38,286 nt of DNA from Planctomycetota bacterium (GCA_038213805.1 JBBQSO010000050.1:1-38286), one strand, 5' to 3'. Positions 1-8,753 are shown, counted from the stretch's first letter. A program made the numbers and translations. Notes: generated by a model not told the origin, from the sequence alone.

Positions 1-133
1 CCATCAGCCATCAGCCATCAGCCATCAGCCATCAGCCATCAGCCATCAGCCATCAGCCATCAGCCATCAGCCATCAGCCATCAGCCATCAGCCATCAGCC
101 ATCAGCCATCAGCCATCAGCCATCAGCCATCAG
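1..133. repeat. Perfect heptamer tandem array (CCATCAG)x19, truncated by the window edge
   Basis: Read directly: 19 exact CCATCAG units from position 1 to 133. Confidence 0.98.
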
Positions 134-144
134 CCAGCCTCTCC

Positions 145-179
145 AAAAAATTTGGCGACCGGGAAATCCCGGTCGCCAA
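145..179 (-). terminator. Rho-independent terminator
   Basis: 12-bp stem TTGGCGACCGGG (152-163) / CCCGGTCGCCAA (168-179), followed on the minus strand by T6 (A6 at 145-150). Confidence 0.85.
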
Positions 180-388
180 GTGCAGGTGGAAGCGGGGAAC
201 ATCAGTGCCGATCAGGCGTTCGATGTCCCGGCATTCTCTCGACGTCACATCCGGCCGACAATCCACGGTATGACAGGTTGTCGCCTCCTTGTTTCACAAA
301 GCCGCGCGGCTGATCTCCACTCCAAACGCCTGCTGTCCGATGCGGGACGATGCAGGTGCAGGTCGGGTGGCCGTCTTCTTACCTCCAC
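145..388 (-). ncRNA. Candidate structured small RNA (~240 nt), family unknown
   Basis: Bounded by a sigma70-type promoter and a terminator. The 5' GUGGAGG can pair with 3' CUUCCAC. Several internal hairpins; no convincing ORF. Confidence 0.55.
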
Positions 389-394
389 GGTTGC

Positions 395-423
395 ATTATA
401 TGCCTCGGGGGCGACCCCGCCAA
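395..423 (-). promoter_or_regulatory. Sigma70-type promoter TTGGCG-N17-TATAAT
   Basis: Minus strand reads ttggcg gggtcgcccccgaggca tataat: a perfect -10 box with 17-bp spacing in a GC-rich genome. Confidence 0.75.
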
Positions 424-568
424 GACATCCGGGAGCACTCTGCAAGATATTGGAAGAAAAGCGCTTGTGACGGATGAGTGCACCAGGCCTGCAGGTGCTC
501 TCCATTATGGCTGCGTGGGTAGGCAGAAGGCCAGGTCGCAGCTGGCCAGCACCGCTCCCAAAATCGCG

Positions 569-1486
569 TCAGCGCGGGGTCTCGCGCAGTTGGGCAAGCA
601 CCTGCTCCAACTCGGTCAGCGCGACTCCAACCTGCTGGCGATTCGCCTCTTCGACGCGCTTGGCAAAGTCCTGGCAGGCCTCCAGGGCGCCGGCGGCGAT
701 TTTGAACTGGCCGCGCACGCCTTGGGCGCGACAGGCCAGGGCGGCGGTGAAGAAGCGCTCGAGCGGGCCGGCCTCGTGCTGGTCCTCGATCTCCATCATC
801 GCCTGGACGATGGCCAGGGTCGCGGTCGGTCGCGCGGCGAGCAGCAGGGCCTGCCCATGCTGGTAGAGCGCGCGGTGGCGGGCGCGCCATTCCGGGTGCC
901 GCGCCCAGGCCGCGCGGTTGGCCTCGGCCACCGCCACGATCAGGTCCTGGCTCAGGCGCACCTGCGGCTCGACCAGGCGCATCAGGTTGCTGGCGATCAT
1001 CGCCATGTTGCCGACCACCTCGTCGGTGGCGGGCAGGTCGGCGACCAGCTTGGTGGCCTGGGCAAGGTGCGGCATGGCCTCGGCGCCGCGACCGCGCACC
1101 AGCAGGGTCTGCGCGGTCATGATCGCCAGGCGGCAGGCGTCGGTGGGCCCGACCACGCCCTTGGCGGCGGCCTCCATCGCGGCCTCGCGGCGGTTCGCGC
1201 ACAGCAGGGTCACCGCCAGGCCGCGCCAAATGCTGCGCGCGACCTCGCTCTCGGCGTTCAGCGCCGGGTGCTTCTGTAAGCGGTGCTGGAAGGCGATGGT
1301 CTCATCGTAGCGGCCCAACCCGGTGGTACCGAGGTGCACCGACAGCGCCGCGAGCTGGAGAACGTCGTGCTCGGTGAGGCTCTTGCCGTAGAGCTCATCC
1401 AGGCGCTGAAAGGCGCCCAGCGGGTCCTGGTTCGCCTGCTGGGCGACGTTCTGGAGCAGGCGTTCGAAGGGGCTGGGCAGGACCAT
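569..1486 (-). CDS. Hypothetical all-alpha (TPR-like) protein, 305 aa
   Basis: Protein-like ORF with repeated amphipathic helices; no catalytic motif recognised. Confidence 0.8.
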   Translation of the reverse strand: MVLPSPFERLLQNVAQQANQDPLGAFQRLDELYGKSLTEHDVLQLAALSVHLGTTGLGRYDETIAFQHRLQKHPALNAESEVARSIWRGLAVTLLCANRREAAMEAAAKGVVGPTDACRLAIMTAQTLLVRGRGAEAMPHLAQATKLVADLPATDEVVGNMAMIASNLMRLVEPQVRLSQDLIVAVAEANRAAWARHPEWRARHRALYQHGQALLLAARPTATLAIVQAMMEIEDQHEAGPLERFFTAALACRAQGVRGQFKIAAGALEACQDFAKRVEEANRQQVGVALTELEQVLAQLRETPR

Positions 1487-1599
1487 GGGCGGGCTCGGCT
1501 GGCGGCGGCGGGAGGAGTGGGGAGCGTCCGCACCTGAAGTGGCGGTTCAATTGCCGATCCGCTGGCGCCTCTGGCGTGGAGGCATCCGGCGTTTCGCGT

Positions 1600-2796
1600 C
1601 TACCGTCCGCCGCCTTCCGCATCCACCAGCGCCTTGAGCGTCTCCAATTCCCGCACTGTCCCCGCCAGGATGTCGCCATCATTGTCGGCGAGCACGCTCC
1701 AGGTGTAGGTCTCGACCGATATATGTTGGCAGCCGGCGGCGAGACAGGCGGCGAGGCCGCGGCGGCTGTCGGCGATGGTCGAGGACAGCCCGCGTTCCTG
1801 GGCAGGGCGGAAGATCGGGGTGTGGAAGTGGCTGCGCACCGCCGTGGCGCCAGGCAGGCGCGCCAGACAGCGTTCGAGCTGGTCGAGGTCCTCGACCTTG
1901 CTCAGCGAGCCGCTCGCGCTGGCGGCGGCCGTCTGGTGCATGAAGCGCGGTTCCGCGAGCGCGCGCAGCGCGGCGACGCCGGCGGCATCGCGGCCCGGCT
2001 CGCGGACTTCCGGCGCGGCGCTGAACTGGCACTTGGCGATGGTCGCGCCGGCGGCCTGCAGACGCGCCACGGCGGCGGGCTGGTCCTCGAAGGCCAGGCT
2101 CAGGTGGCAGGTGTCGAAGCAGATGCCGAGGTGGGTGGCGAGCGCCGCGCGGGCCGCGCGCGGGTCGCCGCCGAGCAGCGCGCTGCACGCGGGCAGGCCG
2201 TGCTCCTGCAACGGGCCGCGCCAGAACGCGGCGCTGTCGTGGCTGGTCTCGAGAAAGCACCACGGTTCGGGCTCGAGCGCCAGCACCACGCGCCGCCCGG
2301 TTTCGCGCGCGGCATGCGCGGCCACCGCCGCCCAGCGGCCCAGGGCCTGGGCGATGATGCGCGGGTCGTTGCGCTCCGGCCCGAACGGGCGATAACTGCC
2401 GGGTACGGTGCTGACCGTCACCACCGGTTCGTCGGACAGCGCCAGGGCGATGGGGATGATGGCGATGGTGTCGTTCTCGCGCGCCGCCTCGGTCCAGTCC
2501 GGCAGGTAGGCGTCGGCCTTGACCACCGCGGCCTGGAAGGGACGCAGTGGAAAGGCGTTGAGGGTGTGGGCGCTGGCGCCGGCCTGATCGAGGGCGCGGC
2601 GCAGGCGGCTACGCGCGAAGGGGTCACGGCTCATTTCGGCGATCGCCGTCGAACCCAGGCGCAGGTCGATGCCGAGACGGTCCCAGCCGAGGCGCTGGCG
2701 CGCCTGGGTGGTGAAGGTGCCGAGCACTTCGACCAGCTCGCTGACGTCCTCAGCCCGGTGCAGGTTGGAGCTGTAGCCGAGGGGCAGGAGGGGCAT
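1600..2796 (-). CDS. eboE: EboE-family TIM-barrel (sugar phosphate isomerase/epimerase-like) protein
   Basis: Motifs GYSSNLH, TLNAFP, LALEPEP, GICFDTCH, RSHFHTP and VETYTW match the EboE pattern. Confidence 0.85.
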   Translation of the reverse strand: MPLLPLGYSSNLHRAEDVSELVEVLGTFTTQARQRLGWDRLGIDLRLGSTAIAEMSRDPFARSRLRRALDQAGASAHTLNAFPLRPFQAAVVKADAYLPDWTEAARENDTIAIIPIALALSDEPVVTVSTVPGSYRPFGPERNDPRIIAQALGRWAAVAAHAARETGRRVVLALEPEPWCFLETSHDSAAFWRGPLQEHGLPACSALLGGDPRAARAALATHLGICFDTCHLSLAFEDQPAAVARLQAAGATIAKCQFSAAPEVREPGRDAAGVAALRALAEPRFMHQTAAASASGSLSKVEDLDQLERCLARLPGATAVRSHFHTPIFRPAQERGLSSTIADSRRGLAACLAAGCQHISVETYTWSVLADNDGDILAGTVRELETLKALVDAEGGGR

Positions 2797-2802
2797 GGCG
2801 GG

Positions 2803-2808
2803 ATTCTA
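2803..2808 (-). promoter_or_regulatory. -10 box TAGAAT 6 nt before the eboE ATG (probably leaderless)
   Basis: Minus strand reads ggTAGAATcccgccATG; no SD sequence. Confidence 0.5.
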
Positions 2809-2928
2809 CCGGGGCGGATCCGGCCCGTTCACGGCGTCCGGGGCCGGGTTCGGCGCGGGTGAGCGACCTGCGTCGAGTGTACGTGGCCGATCCTTGCCCG
2901 CCAGCGCGGGGCGTGCAGGCTGGGCGGC

Positions 2929-3498
2929 ATGCCGAGCCCGGATCCCATCAAGGAGTCCGCCACCAGCCCCATCCCGCCGGTGGATGTCGCCGGTTTCACC
3001 GGCTTCGTCGAGCGCCACCGCACCGATGTCACCCTGCGCCGCCTGCATTTCCAGCGCCTCGCCATCGGCTTGGCCGGCGCGCTGGGGGTGATCGCCTTCA
3101 ATCGCCTGCGCGTCACCAGCCACGGCGCGTCCCACATCGTCACCGACGTCGCCACGGTGATCTGCCTGGCCTACCTGGTGGCGTGCGCAGCGGTGCTGGT
3201 CCGGGAGCGGCGCCTGATGGTCACCGGCCTGCAGCGCCGCGCGCGCACGCTCTACGACCAGGCCTGGCAGGTTGCCGAATTCTTCCAACGCCGCGGTCGC
3301 GTGCTGCTGCTGCTCGCGTATGCCGGTCACTGCCTGCTGCTGATCGGCACCGAGTTCCGCCTGCGCCTGTTTGCCGAGGATGGCGACGTGCTCGCGCTCA
3401 CCTTGATCCCGACCGTGCTGCTGCTGGTGCACGGCCTGAGCGACATACCGACGCGGGAGCGGTTGGTGAAGGTGTATGCGGGAGAAGTGCGGAAATAG
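2929..3498 (+). CDS. Hypothetical integral membrane protein (~4 TM)
   Basis: Four hydrophobic segments in 189 aa. Confidence 0.75.
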   Translation: MPSPDPIKESATSPIPPVDVAGFTGFVERHRTDVTLRRLHFQRLAIGLAGALGVIAFNRLRVTSHGASHIVTDVATVICLAYLVACAAVLVRERRLMVTGLQRRARTLYDQAWQVAEFFQRRGRVLLLLAYAGHCLLLIGTEFRLRLFAEDGDVLALTLIPTVLLLVHGLSDIPTRERLVKVYAGEVRK

Positions 3499-3549
3499 GG
3501 GTGGGGTGCAGTCGATAGCGCGAAAAAATCCGCTTCACGCTTCGTACGC

Positions 3550-3879
3550 CTATCGCCGCGGCGACTCCTGACCCAGACGCGTACCGCGCAGCGCGGCATT
3601 GGCGCGGTAGACGTGCGCCAGCACCTCCGCCAGCGCGCGGTAGAGGGTCGGCGGTACGATCACGTCCAGGTCGAGGATACCGAGCAGGGTGACCAGATCG
3701 TGGTCCTCGTGCAGCGGGATGCCATGGCGCTGGGCAAGGGCGATGATGCGATCGGCGACGTCGCCTTGGCCCTTGGCGAGCACGCGTGGCGCGGCGTCGA
3801 GGTCGTTCTGGTAGCGCAGCGCGACGGCGCGGCGGCGCTCGGTCTGGGGCTGGCCCGGGTGGGGCGGGTCGGCGGCCAT
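3550..3879 (-). CDS. FlhB C-terminal-like (EscU/YscU/HrcU switch family) standalone protein
   Basis: AVALRY...APRVLAKGQGDVADRIIALAQRHGIPL...LYRALAEVLAHVY is the FlhB-CC signature. Confidence 0.92.
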   Translation of the reverse strand: MAADPPHPGQPQTERRRAVALRYQNDLDAAPRVLAKGQGDVADRIIALAQRHGIPLHEDHDLVTLLGILDLDVIVPPTLYRALAEVLAHVYRANAALRGTRLGQESPRR

Positions 3880-3881
3880 GG

Positions 3882-5678
3882 TCAGTCCGGTTCGCCGTCG
3901 ACCACGCGCACGCCCGCGGTCAGGCCGAGATCGCGCAGGCTGCCGACCAGGGCGGGCAGCGATTCCGTCAGCGCGCGGCTGCCGGCCTCATGGCCGACCA
4001 GGGTGATGGTCAGCGGGCCGCCGTCGATGCCGGAGAGGCGCACGCTGATCGTGCCCAGGTCGGAGAGTTCCGTGTCGACGCGCAGATAGGTGGTGGTGCC
4101 GTCCGGGCCGGGGCGTTCGCCGATGGCCAAGCGCGCGGGCGTGGGCTGGCCGTCCGCCTGCAGCGGCAGACTGAGCACCAGCCGGTAGTCGGCGAGGGCA
4201 TCGGGCTTGAAGACGGTCTGCGCGGCCTGCTCGTGCGCGGTGTGGATGAGCGCGCCGGCGAGCGCGTTGGCGGTAGTTGTGACGGGCTCGGCGCTGCGGC
4301 CGGAAACCGCGTCGCTGGCGTCGCTGGCGGCGTTTTCACTGACCGGCCGCGGCAGGGCGGCGGCGAGCTGGCGTAATAACGGCGCGGGCGCGGTCAACGG
4401 CAGGTCGGCGACGGGTGCAGTCGCGGTCGCCGCGTCAGTGGTGATCGGCAATCCACCGCTGCCGATGGCGCTGCGCACGCCGGCCAGGGATAACGCACGG
4501 ATGACGCCGGCCACGCCTTCGCGGACCGCGTCGGGGACACTGGCGACGCGCAGGGTCGCGGCTGGGACCAGCCGGGCAGCGAGTGCAGCGGGCGCCAGCG
4601 GTGCGTGCGCGTCGCGCGGCGTGGCAGTGGACGCGGCGGCCGTTCCCGGCGCAGAAAGAGCTGGTCGCCGGGGGGGCGGCGCCGAGCTGTCGGTAGCGGG
4701 CTCCAGAGCGCCGGCGGTCGCTGCCGCCCGGGCTGGTGTCTGCAGTGCGTCAGCAGCGGTAGGGAGCGTCCGTGCCGGCGCCGCGCCGGGCGTGGAGGTC
4801 TGCGCGGGCGCGGCCGACGCGGTGGTGGTGGGGTCCCCCGCGCCCGCGAGCGGAGCAGAAGCGGCGGTGCGCGAGCCGCTGGTTGGGGCAGCGAGGAGCG
4901 GAGGACCGTCTGGGAGGGGAGCGGACGGTGGCGTGGGCTGTTCCGCCATCTGCGCGGGCGCCGCGCCCGCTGCCGCCGCGCCCGCTGCCAGCGCCACCCC
5001 CAGCGCCGCCGCGGGATTCGGCAGGGGCGTGGCGGTCGCGCGCAGCGCGAGCGCAAGGGTCGCCGGGGTGGCCGGCAGTCCGCTGCGCGCGACCGTGGCG
5101 TAGGCGCGGGCCAGCGCGGCGGGCGTGGCGGCGCGCAGCAGCGCAGCGCTGCTGGTGATCGGGGTCGGCGCGGCGCCGGTGGATTGCGGCAGCGGGTCTT
5201 CCTCCACCGCGGCCTGCGCGCCGGCCGCCGTCACCGCGCCGATGGCGACGCGCAACAGTTCGCGGTCCAGTGGGGCGCCGGCGTCTTCGAAGGCGGCGAG
5301 CACCGCCTGCGCGGCGCCCGCAGTCGGCAGGCCGAGCACCTGGGCGCGCGCCGGGGCATCGCTGGTGGTCGCGTGGTCGGCGCCGCGTTCATCGAGCAGG
5401 CGCAGGCTCAGCTGGTCGCCGGCGCCCATGACCTGGACGCGGACCATGGTGTCCGGGGTGAGCGGCAGGCTGCTCTGCGCCACCAGGGTGCGGCCGCGCA
5501 GCGCGAGCAGGTAGAGATCCTGGCCAAGTCCCTGCACCACGCGACCGCTCAGCACCGTGCCGGGCACCAGGGTCTGAGCGAGCGGGCGCGCGCCACCGGC
5601 CTGGCCTGCGAGCGGCTTGCCGGCGGGCGGCAGCGCCGCGCCGCCGGGGACGCCATCGGTGCGCACGTCGCCGGCCAT
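3882..5678 (-). CDS. fliK: Flagellar hook-length control protein FliK-like
   Basis: Long Ala/Pro/Thr-rich linker and a C-terminal FliK-type domain (LPL...ELSDLGTISVRL...LPALVGSLRDLGL); directly upstream of the FlhB-C-like gene. Confidence 0.72.
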   Translation of the reverse strand: MAGDVRTDGVPGGAALPPAGKPLAGQAGGARPLAQTLVPGTVLSGRVVQGLGQDLYLLALRGRTLVAQSSLPLTPDTMVRVQVMGAGDQLSLRLLDERGADHATTSDAPARAQVLGLPTAGAAQAVLAAFEDAGAPLDRELLRVAIGAVTAAGAQAAVEEDPLPQSTGAAPTPITSSAALLRAATPAALARAYATVARSGLPATPATLALALRATATPLPNPAAALGVALAAGAAAAGAAPAQMAEQPTPPSAPLPDGPPLLAAPTSGSRTAASAPLAGAGDPTTTASAAPAQTSTPGAAPARTLPTAADALQTPARAAATAGALEPATDSSAPPPRRPALSAPGTAAASTATPRDAHAPLAPAALAARLVPAATLRVASVPDAVREGVAGVIRALSLAGVRSAIGSGGLPITTDAATATAPVADLPLTAPAPLLRQLAAALPRPVSENAASDASDAVSGRSAEPVTTTANALAGALIHTAHEQAAQTVFKPDALADYRLVLSLPLQADGQPTPARLAIGERPGPDGTTTYLRVDTELSDLGTISVRLSGIDGGPLTITLVGHEAGSRALTESLPALVGSLRDLGLTAGVRVVDGEPD

Positions 5679-5693
5679 CGCCAGCAGCCCCGT

Positions 5694-6479
5694 TCAGATC
5701 CCGCCGTCGTCGCCGAGGCGGCCGCGCAGCAGGGTGATGACGCGGCTGTGGATCTGGCAGACGCGGCTCTCGGTGACGCCCAGCACCTGGGCGATCTCCT
5801 TCATCAGCAGATTCTCGAAGTAGTAGAGCTTGATGACCATGCGCTCCTGCTCGGTGAGCTTGTGGAGCAGCCCGGCGACCATCTGCTGGCGGTCGAGGCG
5901 ATCGAGGTGGCGCGAGGGGTTGGCGCCCTCGTCGTCGCGCTGCGCCAGGGCGGTGCCGAGGCGGGTGTCGTCGCTGCTTGGCGCGTCGAGCGAGACCTGC
6001 ACGGCGAGCTGCGCGTCCTGCTCGACACTGGGCAGCTCGGCCTCGCTGACTTCGAGCTCGGCGGCGAGCTCGGCGTCGTCCGGCAGCCGGCCGAGGCGAT
6101 GGGTGAGCTCCTTGAGTGCCTGGTGGTAGTCGCGGGCGCGCTCGCGGGCGCCGCGCGACACCCAGTCGCGCGCGCGCAATTCGTCGATCACCTGGCCGCG
6201 GATACGCATCACGGCGTAGGTGCTGAAGGCGTTGTCACGGCTGGCGTCGAAGCGGTTGAGGGCGTCGATCAGGCCGATCACGCCGGCGTGGAAGAGGTCC
6301 TCGCGGTCGACGCTGGCGGGCAGGTGCTGGGCGACGCGGTCGACCACGCTGTGCACCAGCGGCAGGTGGCGCAGGATCTCCTGCTCGCGCTCGTCGCCGG
6401 TGCGGGTGCCTTCCGCCTGGCGGTAGGCCTTGACCCGGTCCTGATTCACGATGCTGGGGGCGGTGGTCATGAGGGGCAT
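5694..6479 (-). CDS. fliA: RNA polymerase sigma factor FliA/WhiG (sigma28)
   Basis: DREDLFHAGVIGLIDALNRFD, YAVMRIRGQVIDELRARDWVSR and KEIAQVLGVTESRVCQIH. The start could be 6470. Confidence 0.95.
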   Translation of the reverse strand: MPLMTTAPSIVNQDRVKAYRQAEGTRTGDEREQEILRHLPLVHSVVDRVAQHLPASVDREDLFHAGVIGLIDALNRFDASRDNAFSTYAVMRIRGQVIDELRARDWVSRGARERARDYHQALKELTHRLGRLPDDAELAAELEVSEAELPSVEQDAQLAVQVSLDAPSSDDTRLGTALAQRDDEGANPSRHLDRLDRQQMVAGLLHKLTEQERMVIKLYYFENLLMKEIAQVLGVTESRVCQIHSRVITLLRGRLGDDGGI

Positions 6480-6493
6480 CCGTGCAGGGCGGC

Positions 6494-6796
6494 TCAGCGG
6501 CGCTCAGGGGTGGCGGGACGGGCCGGCTTGGCGGCGGGGCGCGCGGCGCTCTCCGCAGCGGCCTTCTTTTCTTCGGCGAGCTGGCGTTCGGCCATGTCAG
6601 CAGTCACGCGTTCGTTCATCACCTTCACCACGATGCGCAGCAGCCAGCCCGAAAACCACATTGCGGCGAGCGCCCCGAGCGCAGCGCGCCAGGCCACCGT
6701 GGCGGGGTCGAGGCCCTGCCACAGCCCGAGGGCCAGCCAGGCAAAGCCCACCCACATCAGCACCCGCGCCTGCGCGGCCAGCACCAGCACCTCCAT
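6494..6796 (-). CDS. Small two-TM membrane protein upstream of fliA
   Basis: AGGAG SD before the ATG; two hydrophobic helices and a charged tail. Confidence 0.75.
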   Translation of the reverse strand: MEVLVLAAQARVLMWVGFAWLALGLWQGLDPATVAWRAALGALAAMWFSGWLLRIVVKVMNERVTADMAERQLAEEKKAAAESAARPAAKPARPATPERR

Positions 6797-6850
6797 GGGG
6801 ACGCTCCTGAGGGGATGGACCGGGGTAGCGTACCCCGGCCGTGATCGCGG

Positions 6851-6867
6851 TGCAAACCCGGCGCCGG
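6851..6867 (-). promoter_or_regulatory. Sigma54-like -24/-12 element of the fliA operon
   Basis: Minus strand reads CCGGCGCCGGGTTTGCA (GG-N10-GC, TTGCA), ~55 bp upstream of the ATG at 6796. Confidence 0.45.
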
Positions 6868-7030
6868 GGGCGCGCCGGCGCGGCCGGGAGCGGCCGCGCC
6901 TAGGTCACAACGCAAAGGAGGAGCCAATCCCCGCGCCGTCGCCACCGGCGGCCGGTCCTTGCGCGTCCAGGCCCCCCAAGGGTAGACTCGCAGGCCTCCA
7001 CCTCCCTCTGTCGGGCCCGCCGCCGCCGGA

Positions 7031-7047
7031 TTGGAAAGCCAGTTGCG
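7031..7047 (+). promoter_or_regulatory. Possible sigma54-like element upstream of fliW
   Basis: TTGGAAAGCCAGTTGCG (GG-N10-GC). An overlapping sigma70-like TTGCGT...TACACT reading is also possible. Confidence 0.3.
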
Positions 7048-7099
7048 TGGCCGGGAGCACGGGAGCTACACTATGCTGAGCATGACCAAGGAGACGCGC

Positions 7100-7549
7100 G
7101 TGGCGAAGGTGACGGTGAACACCCTGTTGAAGGGCGCGCTGGAGGTCGACGAGCACCAGCTCATCACCTTCGCCGTGCCGTTGCTGGGGTTCGAGCACCT
7201 CAAGCGCTTCCTCATCTACCAGACCAAGCCCGGCGCGCTGTACTGGATGCAGGCGGTCGAGGACGCCAAGGTCGGCTTCTGCCTGCTCGCGCCCTTCGAG
7301 GCCGGCCTTGACCCCGATCTCGAGATCGCCGGCGAGGACGTCGCGGACATCGGCGCGGCAAGCGCGGCCGACATCGAGGTCTACACCGTGGTGGTGCTCG
7401 ATCCCGTGCCTAGCGAGCGTCGCACCAATCTGCGCGCGCCGATCCTGATCGGGCGCGCCAGCCGCATCGCCAAGCAGGTGGTGCTCGCCGACCACCGGCT
7501 GCCGATCAAGTTCTTCCTGCGCGACCTGAAGCCGCTGGAGAAGACCTGA
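7100..7549 (+). CDS. fliW: Flagellar assembly factor FliW (CsrA antagonist)
   Basis: ITFAVPLLGFEHLKRF, YWMQAVED and TNLRAPILI motifs. GTG at 7100 follows an AAGGAG SD; alternative ATGs at 7073 and 7082. Confidence 0.93.
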   Translation: MAKVTVNTLLKGALEVDEHQLITFAVPLLGFEHLKRFLIYQTKPGALYWMQAVEDAKVGFCLLAPFEAGLDPDLEIAGEDVADIGAASAADIEVYTVVVLDPVPSERRTNLRAPILIGRASRIAKQVVLADHRLPIKFFLRDLKPLEKT

Positions 7550-7550
7550 C

Positions 7551-7790
7551 GTGCTTGTCCTGACCCGGCGCATCAATGAACGCATCGTGATAAACGGCGA
7601 GCTCGTGATCACGGTGCTCGACGTCGGGCGCAACGGCCAGGTCCGCCTCGGCTTCGACGGCCCGCGCCACTTCCAGATCTACCGCCACGAGCTGTTGCTC
7701 GAGATCCAGGCCGAGAACCGCCAGGCGCTGTCCAGCGCCGCGGAGGTCCCGTCCGATCTCGTCGCTCCGCCTCCGGCAAAGGAGGGTTGA
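7551..7790 (+). CDS. csrA: Carbon storage regulator CsrA
   Basis: MLVLTRR...GQVRLGFDGPR...IYRHEL plus the C-terminal helix EIQAENRQA typical of FliW-linked CsrA. Confidence 0.95.
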   Translation: MLVLTRRINERIVINGELVITVLDVGRNGQVRLGFDGPRHFQIYRHELLLEIQAENRQALSSAAEVPSDLVAPPPAKEG

Positions 7791-8645
7791 GTGGCTCTGA
7801 ACCGCGCAAGTTTCGCCGACATCATCGAGCGCATCCATACCGTGCCGTCGCTGCCCGAGGTGGTCACCCAGGTGTGCCGCCTGGTCAACGACCCCAACGC
7901 CGACATGCGCGCGATCAACGCGATCATCATGAAGGACCCGGCCATGGCGGCGAAGATGCTGCGCATGGTCAACAGCGTCTACTACGGTCTGAGCGAGAAT
8001 GTCACCAGCCTTGAGCAGGCGATCCGGCTGCTCGGTTTCAAGACCATCCGCTCGATCGCGCTGTCGATCTCGGTGCTCAACATGTTCCAGCAGCAGAGCG
8101 CCAACTTCAACATGAAGGCCTTCTGGGCGCACAGCGCGGTCTCGGCCTGCCTGTGCCGGCTGATCGCCGCCAAGGGCGCGCTCTGTGATCCCGAGATGGC
8201 GTTTTCGATCGGCCTGCTCAAGGACATCGGCAAGCTCATCCTGGTCGAGAACGCCCCGGAGGAGACGCGCGCGATCATCGCGGTCGCGCGCGAGTACCGC
8301 TTCGGCTTCTCGCGCGCCGCGCGCGAGGTGCTCGACACCGACGACGCCGAGATCGGCGCGTGGCTGGCCAAGAGCTGGGAGCTTGAGCCGATCATGGTGA
8401 ACGCCATCGCCCAGCAGAACCAGATGGCCGGCGCCAGCGACCCCAAGATCGTGGCCATGCTCCAGCTCTGCGAGTATTTGTGCGCGCTCAAGAAGATCCG
8501 CACCTCCGGCCAGTGCGACGAGCCGGTACTCGACCCGGCGGTGTGGAACTACCTGGGGATGGACAAGACCGCGCTGGTCGAGGTGCTGGCGGTGATCAAT
8601 GATGAAGTTGAAAACGCGCGGCAGCTGCTGCTGATCGCCGCGTAG
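7791..8645 (+). CDS. HDOD domain protein
   Basis: PSLPEVV, DPAMAAKMLRMVNSVYYG, AIRLLGF, FWAHS, GLLKDIGK and IGAWLAKSW motifs. Confidence 0.92.
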   Translation: MALNRASFADIIERIHTVPSLPEVVTQVCRLVNDPNADMRAINAIIMKDPAMAAKMLRMVNSVYYGLSENVTSLEQAIRLLGFKTIRSIALSISVLNMFQQQSANFNMKAFWAHSAVSACLCRLIAAKGALCDPEMAFSIGLLKDIGKLILVENAPEETRAIIAVAREYRFGFSRAAREVLDTDDAEIGAWLAKSWELEPIMVNAIAQQNQMAGASDPKIVAMLQLCEYLCALKKIRTSGQCDEPVLDPAVWNYLGMDKTALVEVLAVINDEVENARQLLLIAA

Positions 8646-8730
8646 CGCGGCGATCAGGCCCCTGCCGGCCTGCGGCCAGCGCGTTCGCTGCGCGGCCGGA
8701 CCGGGCTGCGCCGGGACGGGCTTTTAGCCA

Positions 8731-8753
8731 TGGGGGGATCTTTGATCCCCCCA
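8731..8753. other. Perfect 10-bp intergenic hairpin (terminator or REP-like)
   Basis: TGGGGGGATC-TTT-GATCCCCCCA; no adjacent U-tract. Confidence 0.5.

Noticed and set aside
1..133. CRISPR array or telomere-like repeat
   Set aside because: 7-bp units with no spacers and no cas genes; the same unit occurs internally at 23.5 kb.
181..388. tmRNA, 6S, RNase P, retron or riboswitch identity for the candidate RNA
   Set aside because: No tRNA-like T-arm/CCA or tag frame, no symmetric rod, no GAGGAAAGUCC, no RT gene and no downstream ORF before the terminator.
1534..1560. Sigma28-like TGAAG...GCCGATCC
   Set aside because: Spacing is off by one and it points antisense into eboE with no gene downstream.
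4605..7079. 824-aa plus-strand ORF
   Set aside because: Overlaps fliK-like and fliA on the opposite strand; Arg/Gly-rich, non-protein-like sequence.
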